Notes under the pieces: generated by a model
What the model saw: only the letters and a program-made list of their open reading frames with translations
Database searches by the model: none
What the model was told of the DNA's origin: nothing
Translations under genes and position numbers: made by a program
In this document: positions 39,643-50,101 of the stretch, piece by piece
How positions within the stretch are numbered: the stretch's first letter is position 1
Layout of the letters: the number at the start of each line of letters is the position of its first letter
Source of the DNA: Syntrophales bacterium
Lineage (GTDB): Bacteria; Desulfobacterota; Syntrophia; Syntrophales; UBA2210
Assembly (NCBI GenBank): GCA_963662405.2
Contig: CAXXKT010000001.1
Coordinates: forward strand, 320,001-384,000
Length of the DNA: 64,000 nucleotides
Reading direction: 5' to 3'

Positions 39643-40513
39643 TCTCCACATACACTCGAAAAACGGATCCGACGGCAGGTGGACGCTCGATGATATCTTT
39701 GCCGAGGCTTCCCGGCGCGGGATCGCTTTCATGTCGATCACCGATCACGATGCGATCCACTGCCAGGATGAGGCGGTGGCGCTCGCCCGACGATACGGGA
39801 TCACCTATCTCCCCGGTGTCGAGCTCAATGTGACCTTTTCTCACCCGGGATACAAAGAGGGGAAGGAGATATCCCTCGATTTTCTGGGGTACGGGTATGA
39901 TATTCACGACGAATCATTAGGGGAAAGACTCCGGGAGATGCGAGACTTCAGGGAAAAGCGTGCCCGGCAGATCCTGGAGAAGATCAACTATCAATTTCAG
40001 AAAGAGGGGCGGAGGCCCTTTACCGAGCGGGACATGGAGGCGATACAGGCGAGCGTCGACGGATCGTTCGGCCGTCCGCACATCGCCGACTATATGATCG
40101 GGAAGGGCATCGTGCAGGACAAGCGGGAGGCCTTTCAGAAATATCTGGTCAGGTGTGATGTCCCGAAGTTACCGCTGAAGCTGGAGGAGGCATCCGCGCT
40201 GATCCGCTCCGCAAGGGGGAAACTCGTCCTTGCCCATCCCTCAGATCCCAACGGCACCTCCCTCGCGATGCTGACCGAATCGGTTGCTCAGCAGCATGCC
40301 ATCATCCGGGAGGTCATGCTGCCGTATCTGGACGGGGTGGAATGTTGGCATTCACGCCACAGTGCGCGCGCCGTCGAGGCCTACCGTGCCTTTGCACAAA
40401 AAGAGAAACTGATCGTAACGGGTGGATCCGACTGCCATCAGCAGCCCGTGATAATGGGGACCGTCGAGATCCCCGACTATGTGGCGGAACAGTTTCAGGA
40501 ACTGAAAGACTGA
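39632..40513 (+). CDS. PHP-domain phosphoesterase (YciV/TrpH-like)
   Basis: DLHIHS..SDG, ITDHD, GVE, GRPHIA, LAHP, GGSDCH. Confidence 0.92.
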   Translation: MKIDLHIHSKNGSDGRWTLDDIFAEASRRGIAFMSITDHDAIHCQDEAVALARRYGITYLPGVELNVTFSHPGYKEGKEISLDFLGYGYDIHDESLGERLREMRDFREKRARQILEKINYQFQKEGRRPFTERDMEAIQASVDGSFGRPHIADYMIGKGIVQDKREAFQKYLVRCDVPKLPLKLEEASALIRSARGKLVLAHPSDPNGTSLAMLTESVAQQHAIIREVMLPYLDGVECWHSRHSARAVEAYRAFAQKEKLIVTGGSDCHQQPVIMGTVEIPDYVAEQFQELKD

Positions 40514-40532
40514 GTCGAGGAGGGGTCGTTTC

Positions 40533-41135
40533 ATGCGGGTACCGTTCAAAGAATATGTTACTGCTGCTATCGGGGAGGGTGCCGTCCTGATCGCCTGCGG
40601 CCTGCCTGCCACGAACAAAACGGAGAGTACCGAAGTGGTCGCACGCCTGAAGGGATACCAGATGCTCCGGACGGACCTGATCCGCCGCGAGGTCCTGAAG
40701 GGGGAGGATATCTTCGACGAGAGGGTGGCTTCTAATATGGACAAGAGGACACTCGTCTACGACACGATGTTTTCCCTGGCCAACGATTTCTCGGCGCAGG
40801 GAAAGGGCGTCATCCTCGATGCCACATTCATCACCCAGTCTCTCAGGCTCAGGGCCGCCGCCGTGGCTGCACGAAACAGAAAGACCTTTATTATACAGCA
40901 GACGCACTGCCCGGAGGCCTATTCACTCGACAAGATCTCCAAGCGGAGCAAAGAGAACTACGAGTCCAACGCCCTGACGGAGCAGGCCTATCTGAACAAC
41001 AAGGACCGATTCGAACCGGTTGATCTTGACGACCTTAAAAAACGATATCCCGACCTGAAAATCGTCCATTTAACGATTGACACGGCCTCCGATTCGGAGG
41101 ATGAGTGGTTCGTGATCGGGGCGGTTGAACGATAA
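40533..41135 (+). CDS. AAA_33-like P-loop kinase (COG0645) with divergent Walker A
   Basis: ACGLPATNKT; RTDLIRRE; VILDATF. Confidence 0.8.
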   Translation: MRVPFKEYVTAAIGEGAVLIACGLPATNKTESTEVVARLKGYQMLRTDLIRREVLKGEDIFDERVASNMDKRTLVYDTMFSLANDFSAQGKGVILDATFITQSLRLRAAAVAARNRKTFIIQQTHCPEAYSLDKISKRSKENYESNALTEQAYLNNKDRFEPVDLDDLKKRYPDLKIVHLTIDTASDSEDEWFVIGAVER

Positions 41136-41163
41136 CCTCCACCTACACCGGGCACCTCTGTCC

Positions 41164-41946
41164 TTATGGTGACGTATCGGTGATCCCGATTATCTCGGCA
41201 CGACGGTTCGCAGCCCGTCCTTCTTCGGTATCGTTCGATGCAACCGGCACCTCTTCACCAAAGGCCCTGACAATGATTCTCCGGGGAGCAATCCCCGCCT
41301 GTTCCGTCAGGAACATCTTGACGGCGGTTGCCCGTCTCCATGAAAGGCTCTGATTGTACTCGTGCGTACCCGTGCTGTCCGCATGGCCCTCTATTACGAC
41401 AGAGCGGGATTTAGCCCGAATTGCCGCCCCTATCGTTTCCAGGAGCGGGCAGTACGATGGCTCGATATCAGCCCTGTCATGATGAAAATAGATTGTCGGC
41501 GGGCGTGCCGAACCCCCTTCGTCACCTCCGTCCCCTGCCGTCCTCTCAAGCCACGCACCAGCCCGGGGATGTCCCAGGGCGACGGCGGTCTCCATATCTC
41601 TTCGTCCCTGCTCGTTGTTGATAAGGAAATAATTGACGGTACCTCGCTGGTAATAGGCCTCTGCATGGGTGGGGGCATGGCGCACCGCCTCGGTGAGATC
41701 GGCAAGCGCCTCCACACAGTTGGTCTTTTTTTCCGCAAAGCGGGCGACGCCCCGCTTCAGATAGGCATCGGCGCGATCAGGATCAAGCTCTATCGCCTTT
41801 GAATAGGCCTTAACAGCCTCGGCATACACCCCCCGTCGATCGAGGCTTTCCCCCCGTTCGACCCACGAAGCCGCCGTCTGTGCGGCTGAAGGGTGCCCCG
41901 CCGCCAGGATGATTCCTATGAACACGAAAAAGCGTAGTTTCTTCAT
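41164..41946 (-). CDS. Exported TPR + OmpA C-like peptidoglycan-binding protein
   Basis: Signal peptide; TPRs; IEGHADSTG..YNQSLSWRRA...NRRAE. Confidence 0.9.
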   Translation of the reverse strand: MKKLRFFVFIGIILAAGHPSAAQTAASWVERGESLDRRGVYAEAVKAYSKAIELDPDRADAYLKRGVARFAEKKTNCVEALADLTEAVRHAPTHAEAYYQRGTVNYFLINNEQGRRDMETAVALGHPRAGAWLERTAGDGGDEGGSARPPTIYFHHDRADIEPSYCPLLETIGAAIRAKSRSVVIEGHADSTGTHEYNQSLSWRRATAVKMFLTEQAGIAPRRIIVRAFGEEVPVASNDTEEGRAANRRAEIIGITDTSP

Positions 41947-41975
41947 GTATCACCCCCGTAATGGATCAGTTCTTT

Positions 41976-43052
41976 TCAGCTATCACATGAGGAGGAGCAG
42001 GACAAGACCTGGTTCCCTCTTTGGCCGCTCAACTGCCCGCAGGCGGCCAGGATATCATCCCCCTTGCTGGGGCGGGTCATCGTCGTGTAATGTTCCTGGA
42101 CGAGGATATCGTGAAACACCCTGATTTTCTTGTCCGAAGGCCGTTTGAATGCCGATCCCTGAAACTCATTGAAGGGAATCAGGTTGAATTTACAATGCAC
42201 CTCTCTGACGAGCGATGCGAGCGCCTTCGCGTCTTTTTCCGAATCGTTGACCCCGTCCATCAGGATATATTCGAAAGTAATCATTCTCCGTCTCGGCATG
42301 GGATAGTGCCGACAGGCATCGATGAGTCCCTTGAGGGGAAATTTTTTGTTGACCGGCATCAGGTATGACCGCCTCCTGTCGTCGGGCGCATTGAGTGAAA
42401 CGGCAAGATTGACGGCCGCATCCTCCCCGAGACGGCGTATCATCGGCGTGATCCCGCACGTGGATACCGTTATTTTTCTTTTTGAGAATGCCGGTCCGGT
42501 ATCGGAGGTGATAATCTCGATCGCCGTGAGGATATTTTCATAATTGGCGAGGGGTTCCCCCATTCCCATCATGACGATGTTCTTGATATCCTCTCCCTCC
42601 GGCGTGTTGAATCGGAGGGCCGTTACCTGTCCGGCGATTTCCGCGGGAAAGAGATTCCTTGTGAGGCCATATCTCCCGGTGAGACAGAACCGGCACCCCA
42701 TGGCACACCCAACTTGGGTAGAGATGCACTGGGTCCAGTGGTTGCGCTCTCGGATAAGGACGCTTTCTATGAAACGGTCGTCTTCCAGCCTGAAAAGGAC
42801 CTTTTTCGTCCCGTCCTGCGATTCCTGTATCTCTTCAATCCGCGGAAGGGCGGCACGGGCGAGTGTGGCGATCTCTTCCCGGAAGACCTTTGAAAGATTG
42901 GTCATTTCCTCAAAGGATGTGACTCCCGAGCGGTGAATCCACTTCATGATCTGGCGCGCCCGGTATTGTTCCTTTCCGAGACGAGCGATAAATGTCTCGA
43001 TCTCATCGAGTGTCATACCGGTGAGATTGGGTAAATCCTTGTCACTGTTCAT
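41976..43052 (-). CDS. rlmN: Dual-specificity RNA methyltransferase RlmN
   Basis: CISTQVGCAMGCRFC; MGMGEP; AACGQL. Confidence 0.97.
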   Translation of the reverse strand: MNSDKDLPNLTGMTLDEIETFIARLGKEQYRARQIMKWIHRSGVTSFEEMTNLSKVFREEIATLARAALPRIEEIQESQDGTKKVLFRLEDDRFIESVLIRERNHWTQCISTQVGCAMGCRFCLTGRYGLTRNLFPAEIAGQVTALRFNTPEGEDIKNIVMMGMGEPLANYENILTAIEIITSDTGPAFSKRKITVSTCGITPMIRRLGEDAAVNLAVSLNAPDDRRRSYLMPVNKKFPLKGLIDACRHYPMPRRRMITFEYILMDGVNDSEKDAKALASLVREVHCKFNLIPFNEFQGSAFKRPSDKKIRVFHDILVQEHYTTMTRPSKGDDILAACGQLSGQRGNQVLSCSSSCDS

Positions 43053-43108
43053 ACGGTTTCTCTGAGGTATCGTCGGTTTTTGCTTCCTCGGTTGATGCTA
43101 TGTTTCCA

Positions 43109-44602
43109 TCAGCTGCGCCCTATCATCCCGATGAAATGACCGACAATCGTTTTGTCAAGTTTGCCCTCGTTTGCTTCTTTTTGGAGTACGGCAAAGGCTT
43201 CCTCCCGGGACAGAGCGTTTCTATACGGCCGGTTTGAAATGAGCGCGTCAAAGATATCAACGATAGCGGCTATCCGCGCTATGATGGATATTTCGTCTTC
43301 TTTCAGACCATCCGGATATCCGCTCCCGTCGAGTTTCTCGTGATGGTATCTGATAACATCAAGGGCCAACCCCAGACTCTTCCTGAGAGGAAGGCATATG
43401 TTACAGCTCACATCAGGGTGAGTCTTGACGATCTCGAACTCGTCAGGAGTCAGTTTTCCCGGCCTGTTTAAGATCTCTCCGGGAACGCTTATTTTACCGA
43501 TATCATGGAGAATCCCCCCGAGGCGTAAGGCATCGATCTCTTCTTCCGACAGTTCCATCTTCTTGCCGAGAGTCACCGCCATATCGGCTACCCGAAGGCT
43601 ATGCCCCTGAGCATAGACATCTTTTGCCTCCACTGTGTTCGCCATGGAAACAAGAACATGCTCTATGCTGGTCAGCTTTTTGTTGAGGGAGCTTCTCTTT
43701 AAAAGAGACTCAACCCTGGCAGTCAATTCATCTCTCTCGGGAGGCGCTACCATGAAATCATCAGCCCCCGCTTCTATCGCACGGATCTTGTCTCTCCTGT
43801 CATTTGATCCGGTCAGGATAATAACAGGGATACCCTGGGTATCTTCTCTTTCCTTGAGGCGACGGCAGATTTCATAACTGTCCGTCCTGGATAATACATG
43901 ATCGATTATGACGAGAGAAATATCCATTGTATCGGCGGCGAGCAGGACTTCGTCTCCGCTGGAAACCATTATGATCTCGCAACCGGGATTGGCTATTTCG
44001 AGGAACGTGACGGTAGTATTTGTTTGCCCGGCATTGCCGACTAACATTATCCGCGGTTTTTTCCCGGATACCGACAACCCACCCTCTCGGTGAAAGGAGA
44101 CACTGTTGACCATACCGTTTTCTGCTTTGGCAAGAGATTCGTGGGCCTTCTGAATCAGGATATCCCCGTAGACTGCATCCCGAGGACATGTCGACACACC
44201 CGCGCTCAGGGTCATCTCTCCCCGGGTGAAGTCCTCGAAATCAGACCATATACGATCCACGGCCGTGTAAGGAGGTTCGGCAGGATGGTTGGTCAGGATC
44301 ACGGCAAAGATGCCTTCGGCGTAGCGAGCCGCGATGTCACACCGGCGGATCTTCTGTTTTATGATCTTCGCGGCTTCTTTTAAGACACGGTCCGCCTGTG
44401 ATATGCCGTTTTGCTCCCGGTAAAGAGAGAACGAATCTATCTGAATCAGGATAAGGGTAAAGGATGTTCCGTATCGACGTGACCTGACGGACTCCCACTC
44501 TAAGATGACCTGAAAAACATCGCGCGTCGCCAGGTTGGTCAAGGCATCGACCGAACGGTTTTTTGGGGGTATACCGTTATTTTCTCTGCTCTGATTTTCC
44601 AT
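43109..44602 (-). CDS. Degenerate GGDEF + REC + HD-GYP c-di-GMP phosphodiesterase
   Basis: DALTNL; RRCDIAARYAEGIF; GADDF; HDIGK; HHEKLDGSGYP. Confidence 0.9.
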   Translation of the reverse strand: MENQSRENNGIPPKNRSVDALTNLATRDVFQVILEWESVRSRRYGTSFTLILIQIDSFSLYREQNGISQADRVLKEAAKIIKQKIRRCDIAARYAEGIFAVILTNHPAEPPYTAVDRIWSDFEDFTRGEMTLSAGVSTCPRDAVYGDILIQKAHESLAKAENGMVNSVSFHREGGLSVSGKKPRIMLVGNAGQTNTTVTFLEIANPGCEIIMVSSGDEVLLAADTMDISLVIIDHVLSRTDSYEICRRLKEREDTQGIPVIILTGSNDRRDKIRAIEAGADDFMVAPPERDELTARVESLLKRSSLNKKLTSIEHVLVSMANTVEAKDVYAQGHSLRVADMAVTLGKKMELSEEEIDALRLGGILHDIGKISVPGEILNRPGKLTPDEFEIVKTHPDVSCNICLPLRKSLGLALDVIRYHHEKLDGSGYPDGLKEDEISIIARIAAIVDIFDALISNRPYRNALSREEAFAVLQKEANEGKLDKTIVGHFIGMIGRS

Positions 44603-44796
44603 TGCACTCCTTCTGTTGTGGCCGGGGTCCCTTCTCTGTTTATACGATATCATATTTTCTTTCGCCGATTCAAACAGGAGCGCATGCTATCACTAAGCAG
44701 GTGGACGTGCAAGGTATGTGTAGAGCACTGAGTTGTTTCAGAGAGGTATTTTGTGATAGGACAGGACAAACATCTGACTGAAAGAAGGGATGAAAG

Positions 44797-47421
44797 GTGA
44801 GGAGAGAAAATCTGACACCGGCGATGCGGCAGTATCTTGAGATCAAGGATCTTCACAAGGACTGTATCATCTTTTTCCGGATGGGTGATTTCTATGAGAT
44901 GTTCTTTGAGGACGCGCAGGTGGCCTCAAAGGCCCTGCAGATCACACTGACATCCCGAAACCGAAACAAGGGCAGCGAAGACGCAATCCCCTTGTGCGGT
45001 GTCCCATATCATGCAGCCGCGGCGTATATATCGAAACTCGTCAACCAGGGCTTTAAAGTGGCCATATGTGAACAGATGGAAGACCCCAAAGATGCGAAAG
45101 GAATCGTCAAAAGAGAGGTCGTGCGTATCGTTACTCCGGGGTTGATTCTCGATTCAGACAACCTTGAGGAAAAGGAAAACAATTTTCTCATCGGTGTATC
45201 GAGGGTAGATGGGTTTTTCGGCCTGGCCTGTGTGGATGTCTCGACGGGTGAGTTCCGTGTGACACAATCGGACGACGGTGAGATCTTCTTGGACGAGATC
45301 GCCGGACTCGATTTCCGGGAAATGATCATGTACGAAGATTTGCGGGAAGACGCCTTCGCCCTGGCATGCGGTGCACGCTCCCCGGGGTGCAGCGTTACCT
45401 GGCTCCCCGCCGATTATTTCTCTCCGGATAAAGCTTCCTCTGTTATTGATGATTTGTTTCAGGAGACTACAAAGCACATTTTTCAAGGACATCCGGCAAT
45501 GGCCGGCGCGGCAGGGGCGGTCCTCCGATATGTAAAGGAAACGCAGAACGAAAGTCTTAATCACATCAATACGATTCGCCGGTACGATATCACCGATTAT
45601 CTCGTCCTGGATGACACCGCGAAAAACAATCTCGAGCTTTTTGTCACGATCCAGGGGGGGCGAAAAAAGGGGTCTCTCTTTCATGTCCTCGACGAGACGA
45701 TGACCGCCATGGGAGGGAGAAGACTCCGCCGCTGGCTCACCTATCCCCTGGTCGATCCGGATCGGATCAGGGAACGGCTTGCCGCCGTCTCTGAGATAAA
45801 AGAAGATCACCTGCTCAGAGGAGAGATCCGGGCCTCCCTCGCCGACATCTACGATCTTGAACGCCTTGGCAGCCGTGTCTCCATGGGGATTGCAAATGGG
45901 AGAGATCTGGTTTCACTGGGGCGATCTCTGCGTTTGATCCCACCGATAAAGAGCGCCCTCTCACGGTTTGAATCTACCTTGATATCAAAGGTTTGCAGTG
46001 AAATGGATACCCTCTCCGATGTGGCGGACCTGATTGAGCGTTCGATTGTGGAAGATCCCCCGATAACTATCCGCGATGGCTATCTCATCAAACAGGGGTA
46101 TGACGATGACCTTGACAAGCTGGTTTCGCTCAGCACGGATGGAAAAAAATGGATCGCCTCCATGGAGGAAAAAGAGCGGAAGAAAACCGGGATCGCTACA
46201 CTCAAGATCGGTTTCAATAATGTATTCGGGTATTATATTGAGGTGACCAAGGCAAACAGCGCCATGGTCCCCGATGAATATGTCCGGAAGCAGACGCTGG
46301 TCAATGCCGAGCGGTATATTAACCAGGAATTGAAAGAATACGAGGTGCTCGTCCTGAATGCAGAGGACCGGAGAAAAAAGAAGGAGCATGACCTCTTTGT
46401 CAATATACGGGAAAAGGTCGCTCACCACATCCTGCGGATACAGAAGACTGCCTCGCATCTTGCGGACTTGGATGCTATCGCCTCCTTGGCGGAAATTGCC
46501 GAGCGGTACGATTTCCGCTGTCCACGGATTACCAGTGATGACCGGTTGGAGATACAGGAGGGGAGACATCCCGTCGTGGAGCGAATGGAAACGGATGGCG
46601 GGTTTGTCCCCAACGACACCGTCATGAATCGCACCGCCAATCGTTTCCTGATCATCACCGGGCCCAACATGGCGGGGAAATCGACATACATACGCCAGGT
46701 GGCGGTGATCGTTCTGATGGCACAGATGGGATCTTTCGTCCCCGCGACGCAGGCTGTCATCGGTGTCGTTGACCGGATATTCACCCGGGTCGGGGCGGGA
46801 GACAGTCTCTCATCGGGACAAAGCACCTTCATGGTCGAGATGACGGAAGTGGCAAACATCCTGAAAAACGCCACCGAGCGGAGCCTGATTCTTCTGGATG
46901 AGGTCGGAAGGGGAACGAGCACCTTTGACGGTCTCAGCATCGCTTGGGCGGTGGCGGAATATATCCATAACACGGACAGGATCGGGGCACGAACGCTCTT
47001 TGCCACCCACTATCACGAACTGACGGACCTCGCACGGACCATGGACGGGATAAAAAATCTGAGCGTTGCGGTCAAGGAATGGGGCGACCGGGTAATCTTT
47101 CTTCGTACCATCGTTGAGGGGGGAACGAACCGGAGCTACGGCATCGAGGTGGCGCGTCTTGCCGGGGTTCCCGATGAGGTGGTGTCACGGGCCAGGGAGG
47201 TGCTGAGAAACCTGGAAAAAGGTGAGCTGGACGAGATCGGAATGCCAAAAATCGGCAGGAGTAAGACACCACGAAAGGGGGAACCCACCGGCCAGTTAAA
47301 CCTTTTTACCGACAAGGAAACGCGCCTGATCAACGAGTTGAAAGAGGTCGATGTCATGCGGATGACCCCCCTGGAGGCACTCGACCGGATCAGTGAGTGG
47401 CAAAAGATCGTGAAGGATTAA
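44797..47421 (+). CDS. mutS: DNA mismatch repair protein MutS
   Basis: [35 protein letters not shown]. Confidence 0.99.
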   Translation: MRRENLTPAMRQYLEIKDLHKDCIIFFRMGDFYEMFFEDAQVASKALQITLTSRNRNKGSEDAIPLCGVPYHAAAAYISKLVNQGFKVAICEQMEDPKDAKGIVKREVVRIVTPGLILDSDNLEEKENNFLIGVSRVDGFFGLACVDVSTGEFRVTQSDDGEIFLDEIAGLDFREMIMYEDLREDAFALACGARSPGCSVTWLPADYFSPDKASSVIDDLFQETTKHIFQGHPAMAGAAGAVLRYVKETQNESLNHINTIRRYDITDYLVLDDTAKNNLELFVTIQGGRKKGSLFHVLDETMTAMGGRRLRRWLTYPLVDPDRIRERLAAVSEIKEDHLLRGEIRASLADIYDLERLGSRVSMGIANGRDLVSLGRSLRLIPPIKSALSRFESTLISKVCSEMDTLSDVADLIERSIVEDPPITIRDGYLIKQGYDDDLDKLVSLSTDGKKWIASMEEKERKKTGIATLKIGFNNVFGYYIEVTKANSAMVPDEYVRKQTLVNAERYINQELKEYEVLVLNAEDRRKKKEHDLFVNIREKVAHHILRIQKTASHLADLDAIASLAEIAERYDFRCPRITSDDRLEIQEGRHPVVERMETDGGFVPNDTVMNRTANRFLIITGPNMAGKSTYIRQVAVIVLMAQMGSFVPATQAVIGVVDRIFTRVGAGDSLSSGQSTFMVEMTEVANILKNATERSLILLDEVGRGTSTFDGLSIAWAVAEYIHNTDRIGARTLFATHYHELTDLARTMDGIKNLSVAVKEWGDRVIFLRTIVEGGTNRSYGIEVARLAGVPDEVVSRAREVLRNLEKGELDEIGMPKIGRSKTPRKGEPTGQLNLFTDKETRLINELKEVDVMRMTPLEALDRISEWQKIVKD

Positions 47422-47423
47422 AG

Positions 47424-49739
47424 CTATTTAATGCACACCCTGCGCACCTGACCGAAATCCGTATGACCCTGCAGAACCTTCATGATTCCGTCCTGCAGGA
47501 GAGTCGACATCCCCTGGGCAATGGCCGTATCTCGCAGGGTTTCCACGTTCTCGTGCTTCTGTATCAGCCGCTTTATTTCATCCGTCGCGACGAGGAGTTC
47601 ATGGACGCCCATTCTGCCTCGGTACCCCGTCCTGCCGCACGCGTTGCACCCTTTGGCCTGGTAGAGTTTGAAGTTGTCATTGTATGGTATGTTCAACCGG
47701 GCAAACCGTTCTTCGCCGTAGCTTACCGCCAGTTCATCGTATTCTTCCCGCGTTGGATGGTATTCTTCCTTGCATCGCCTGCACAACGTTCGAACCAGCC
47801 TCTGGGCCAAGATCCCCAAGAGCGAATCGGCAAAATTCAGCGGGTCGATCCCCATATCGAGCAGGCGTACGATCGTTTCGGGGGCACTGTTCGTGTGGAG
47901 GGTACTGAAGACCAGATGCCCGGTCAGTGAGGCCTCCACACCGATCTTCGCCGTTTCGTAATCCCTCATCTCCCCCACCATGATCACATCCGGATCGGCC
48001 CTGAGAAAAGCGCGCATGGCGTGGGCAAAGTCGAAACCGATCTTCGGGTTGACCTGCACCTGCCTGAGGCCGTTTTGCGAGATCTCCACAGGATCTTCCG
48101 CGGTCCATATCTTGGTCTCCGGCCTGTTTATGTGGTGCAACGCCGAATGGAGTGCCGTCGTCTTCCCGGAACCCGTGGGGCCGACGGCGAGGATCATGCC
48201 GTACGGTTTCTTGAGGAGATCGAGGAGATTTTCATAATTATAGGCGGACAGGGCCATCTCCTCGAGCCGCATGACCTCTCCCCCACTGGCCAGGATACGC
48301 ATCACGACGTCTTCAACGCCCCCCTGTGTGGGAACGGTGGCAACACGGAGTTCTATCTCGTCACCCTTTGAACGCCTGAATTTGATCTTCCCGTCCTGCG
48401 GCACCCGCCGCTCGGTAATATCAAGGTTCGAGATGATCTTGATCCTCGACACCAGGGCCGAACGATAGTTAAAGGGAACCGTCTGATACGTCGCCAGATC
48501 ACCATCCACCCGGTATCGCACCTCGACGTTTTTCTTGCGTACGTTTGGCTCGATATGAATATCCGATGCATTGCGTATATATGCATCATTGATAATCCGG
48601 TTGACCAGCTGCATAATGACGCTATCCGACTCGGTGACTTCCTCCTCCTCGATCTCAAAATCATCATCGGCATCAAGCCTGCCTATAATATCAGTGATCG
48701 AAGCGGCGGTATCTCCGGCTTGATAGAAGTGGTTAATGAATTTCAGTATATCGTCGTACAGTGCCACATCATACTCTACCGCCCGGTTCCTGAGAAGATT
48801 TTCAATCATGTCCTGCTTCAAGACATTATTGGGGTCATCTATAACCACCCGTATCTTTCCGTCCTTTTTCTCCAAGGGGATCCACATCTCGCGGCGCAGG
48901 TATTCCTCTTTCAGGTTTTTCAGGAGATCAAAAGGGATGGGATATTTACTGTTGAAAGAGACAAACCGGCAATTATAAAATTCTTCCAGAGAGCGGCCCA
49001 TGTCTTCCTTTGACACCTTACAGGCCCTCATCAGGTATGATTCGACCGTCTCCCGGTTTTTCTTCGTTTCAACCCATGCCTTCTCCAGGTCTTCCTCTCT
49101 GATCAGGCCACGGGTCAACAGGTAGTTGAAACGGGTCTTCCTCTTGCGGCTGACCCTCTCCTGGTTGTGGAAGGCGGTTCCGAGAACATCCGCCATCTCT
49201 TTGAGAAAGATCTGATCCTCCGCGGCAAATTGTTTTCCATCCTCCCTGTTCAGGATCTGAATGACACCCATCAGGGTATCATCGTGGAGAATCGGCATGG
49301 CCAGTATCTGGGCGGTTTTAAATCCCGATTTTCTGTCCCAGCTCGAGTCGAAGGTCAGTTCCGGATTAATCCCCTCCAGTTCCTGTTTGTCATAGGCATC
49401 GGCTATATTGGCTATCTCTTTGTTATGGGCCACGTACCCGGCGATGCTCCGATTATCGATGGGAAGCCGGATCTCCTTCAATTGTGACCCAGCCATAAAC
49501 ATCGAATATATCTCGTTGTTATTCCTGTCAGCAACATATATGGTAATAGAGTGGGCATTGAAGAGGGCGAGGATGTCATCTCTCAGACCGATCAGTATCT
49601 GCTTGAGATTGGTTGCGGCGTGGATCCGATTGGTAATGTCTTGAAGGGCCTTACTAAAGCTGAGCTTCTCCCGCAGCTCCGTTATCTGGGCCTTGACCGC
49701 CTTTTCATCTCCCCCTGGCTTTTGTTGGAAGATAGCCAT
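47424..49739 (-). CDS. GspE/PilB-family secretion ATPase with N-terminal GAF domain
   Basis: GAF (SIAGYVA...FDSSWDRKSGFKT...MGVIQILN); SDIHIEP; GPTGSGKTT; GEMRD; TGHLVFSTLH; CxxC pair. Confidence 0.92.
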   Translation of the reverse strand: MAIFQQKPGGDEKAVKAQITELREKLSFSKALQDITNRIHAATNLKQILIGLRDDILALFNAHSITIYVADRNNNEIYSMFMAGSQLKEIRLPIDNRSIAGYVAHNKEIANIADAYDKQELEGINPELTFDSSWDRKSGFKTAQILAMPILHDDTLMGVIQILNREDGKQFAAEDQIFLKEMADVLGTAFHNQERVSRKRKTRFNYLLTRGLIREEDLEKAWVETKKNRETVESYLMRACKVSKEDMGRSLEEFYNCRFVSFNSKYPIPFDLLKNLKEEYLRREMWIPLEKKDGKIRVVIDDPNNVLKQDMIENLLRNRAVEYDVALYDDILKFINHFYQAGDTAASITDIIGRLDADDDFEIEEEEVTESDSVIMQLVNRIINDAYIRNASDIHIEPNVRKKNVEVRYRVDGDLATYQTVPFNYRSALVSRIKIISNLDITERRVPQDGKIKFRRSKGDEIELRVATVPTQGGVEDVVMRILASGGEVMRLEEMALSAYNYENLLDLLKKPYGMILAVGPTGSGKTTALHSALHHINRPETKIWTAEDPVEISQNGLRQVQVNPKIGFDFAHAMRAFLRADPDVIMVGEMRDYETAKIGVEASLTGHLVFSTLHTNSAPETIVRLLDMGIDPLNFADSLLGILAQRLVRTLCRRCKEEYHPTREEYDELAVSYGEERFARLNIPYNDNFKLYQAKGCNACGRTGYRGRMGVHELLVATDEIKRLIQKHENVETLRDTAIAQGMSTLLQDGIMKVLQGHTDFGQVRRVCIK

Positions 49740-50101
49740 ATTTCTTACCCCGCCTTCCATATGATCAACACAGGCACGTATAACATGCGGCGAGTATAAA
49801 GCATACTGTGTGTAATTACAAGGCGCATCCGGGTGAACGGGCGTGCAAATCTCCCTTTTATTCTTGACAAATCAAGCCAGTACCATTACGAACAATCATG
49901 TATACAGAACAGATAATCAAACCGGAATCTCCTACAAAAGCCCACTCTTCCTCGAAACCATGTTATACTATAGATCGTCGGGGTTAAACTCAGATATAGG
50001 TGATTGAAATAGTTTGATCGTCACAATACGTTCAGGAAGAATACTCCGAGGGAAGATCGGTAAGATTTCTGATCTTCAATCGGAGCAGGGAGAGGGAAAA
50101 G

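Noticed and set aside
50005..50025. CRP/FNR site upstream of the adenylate cyclase
   Set aside because: Only a TCACA half-site; spacing fits neither TGTGA-N6-TCACA nor TTGAT-N4-ATCAA
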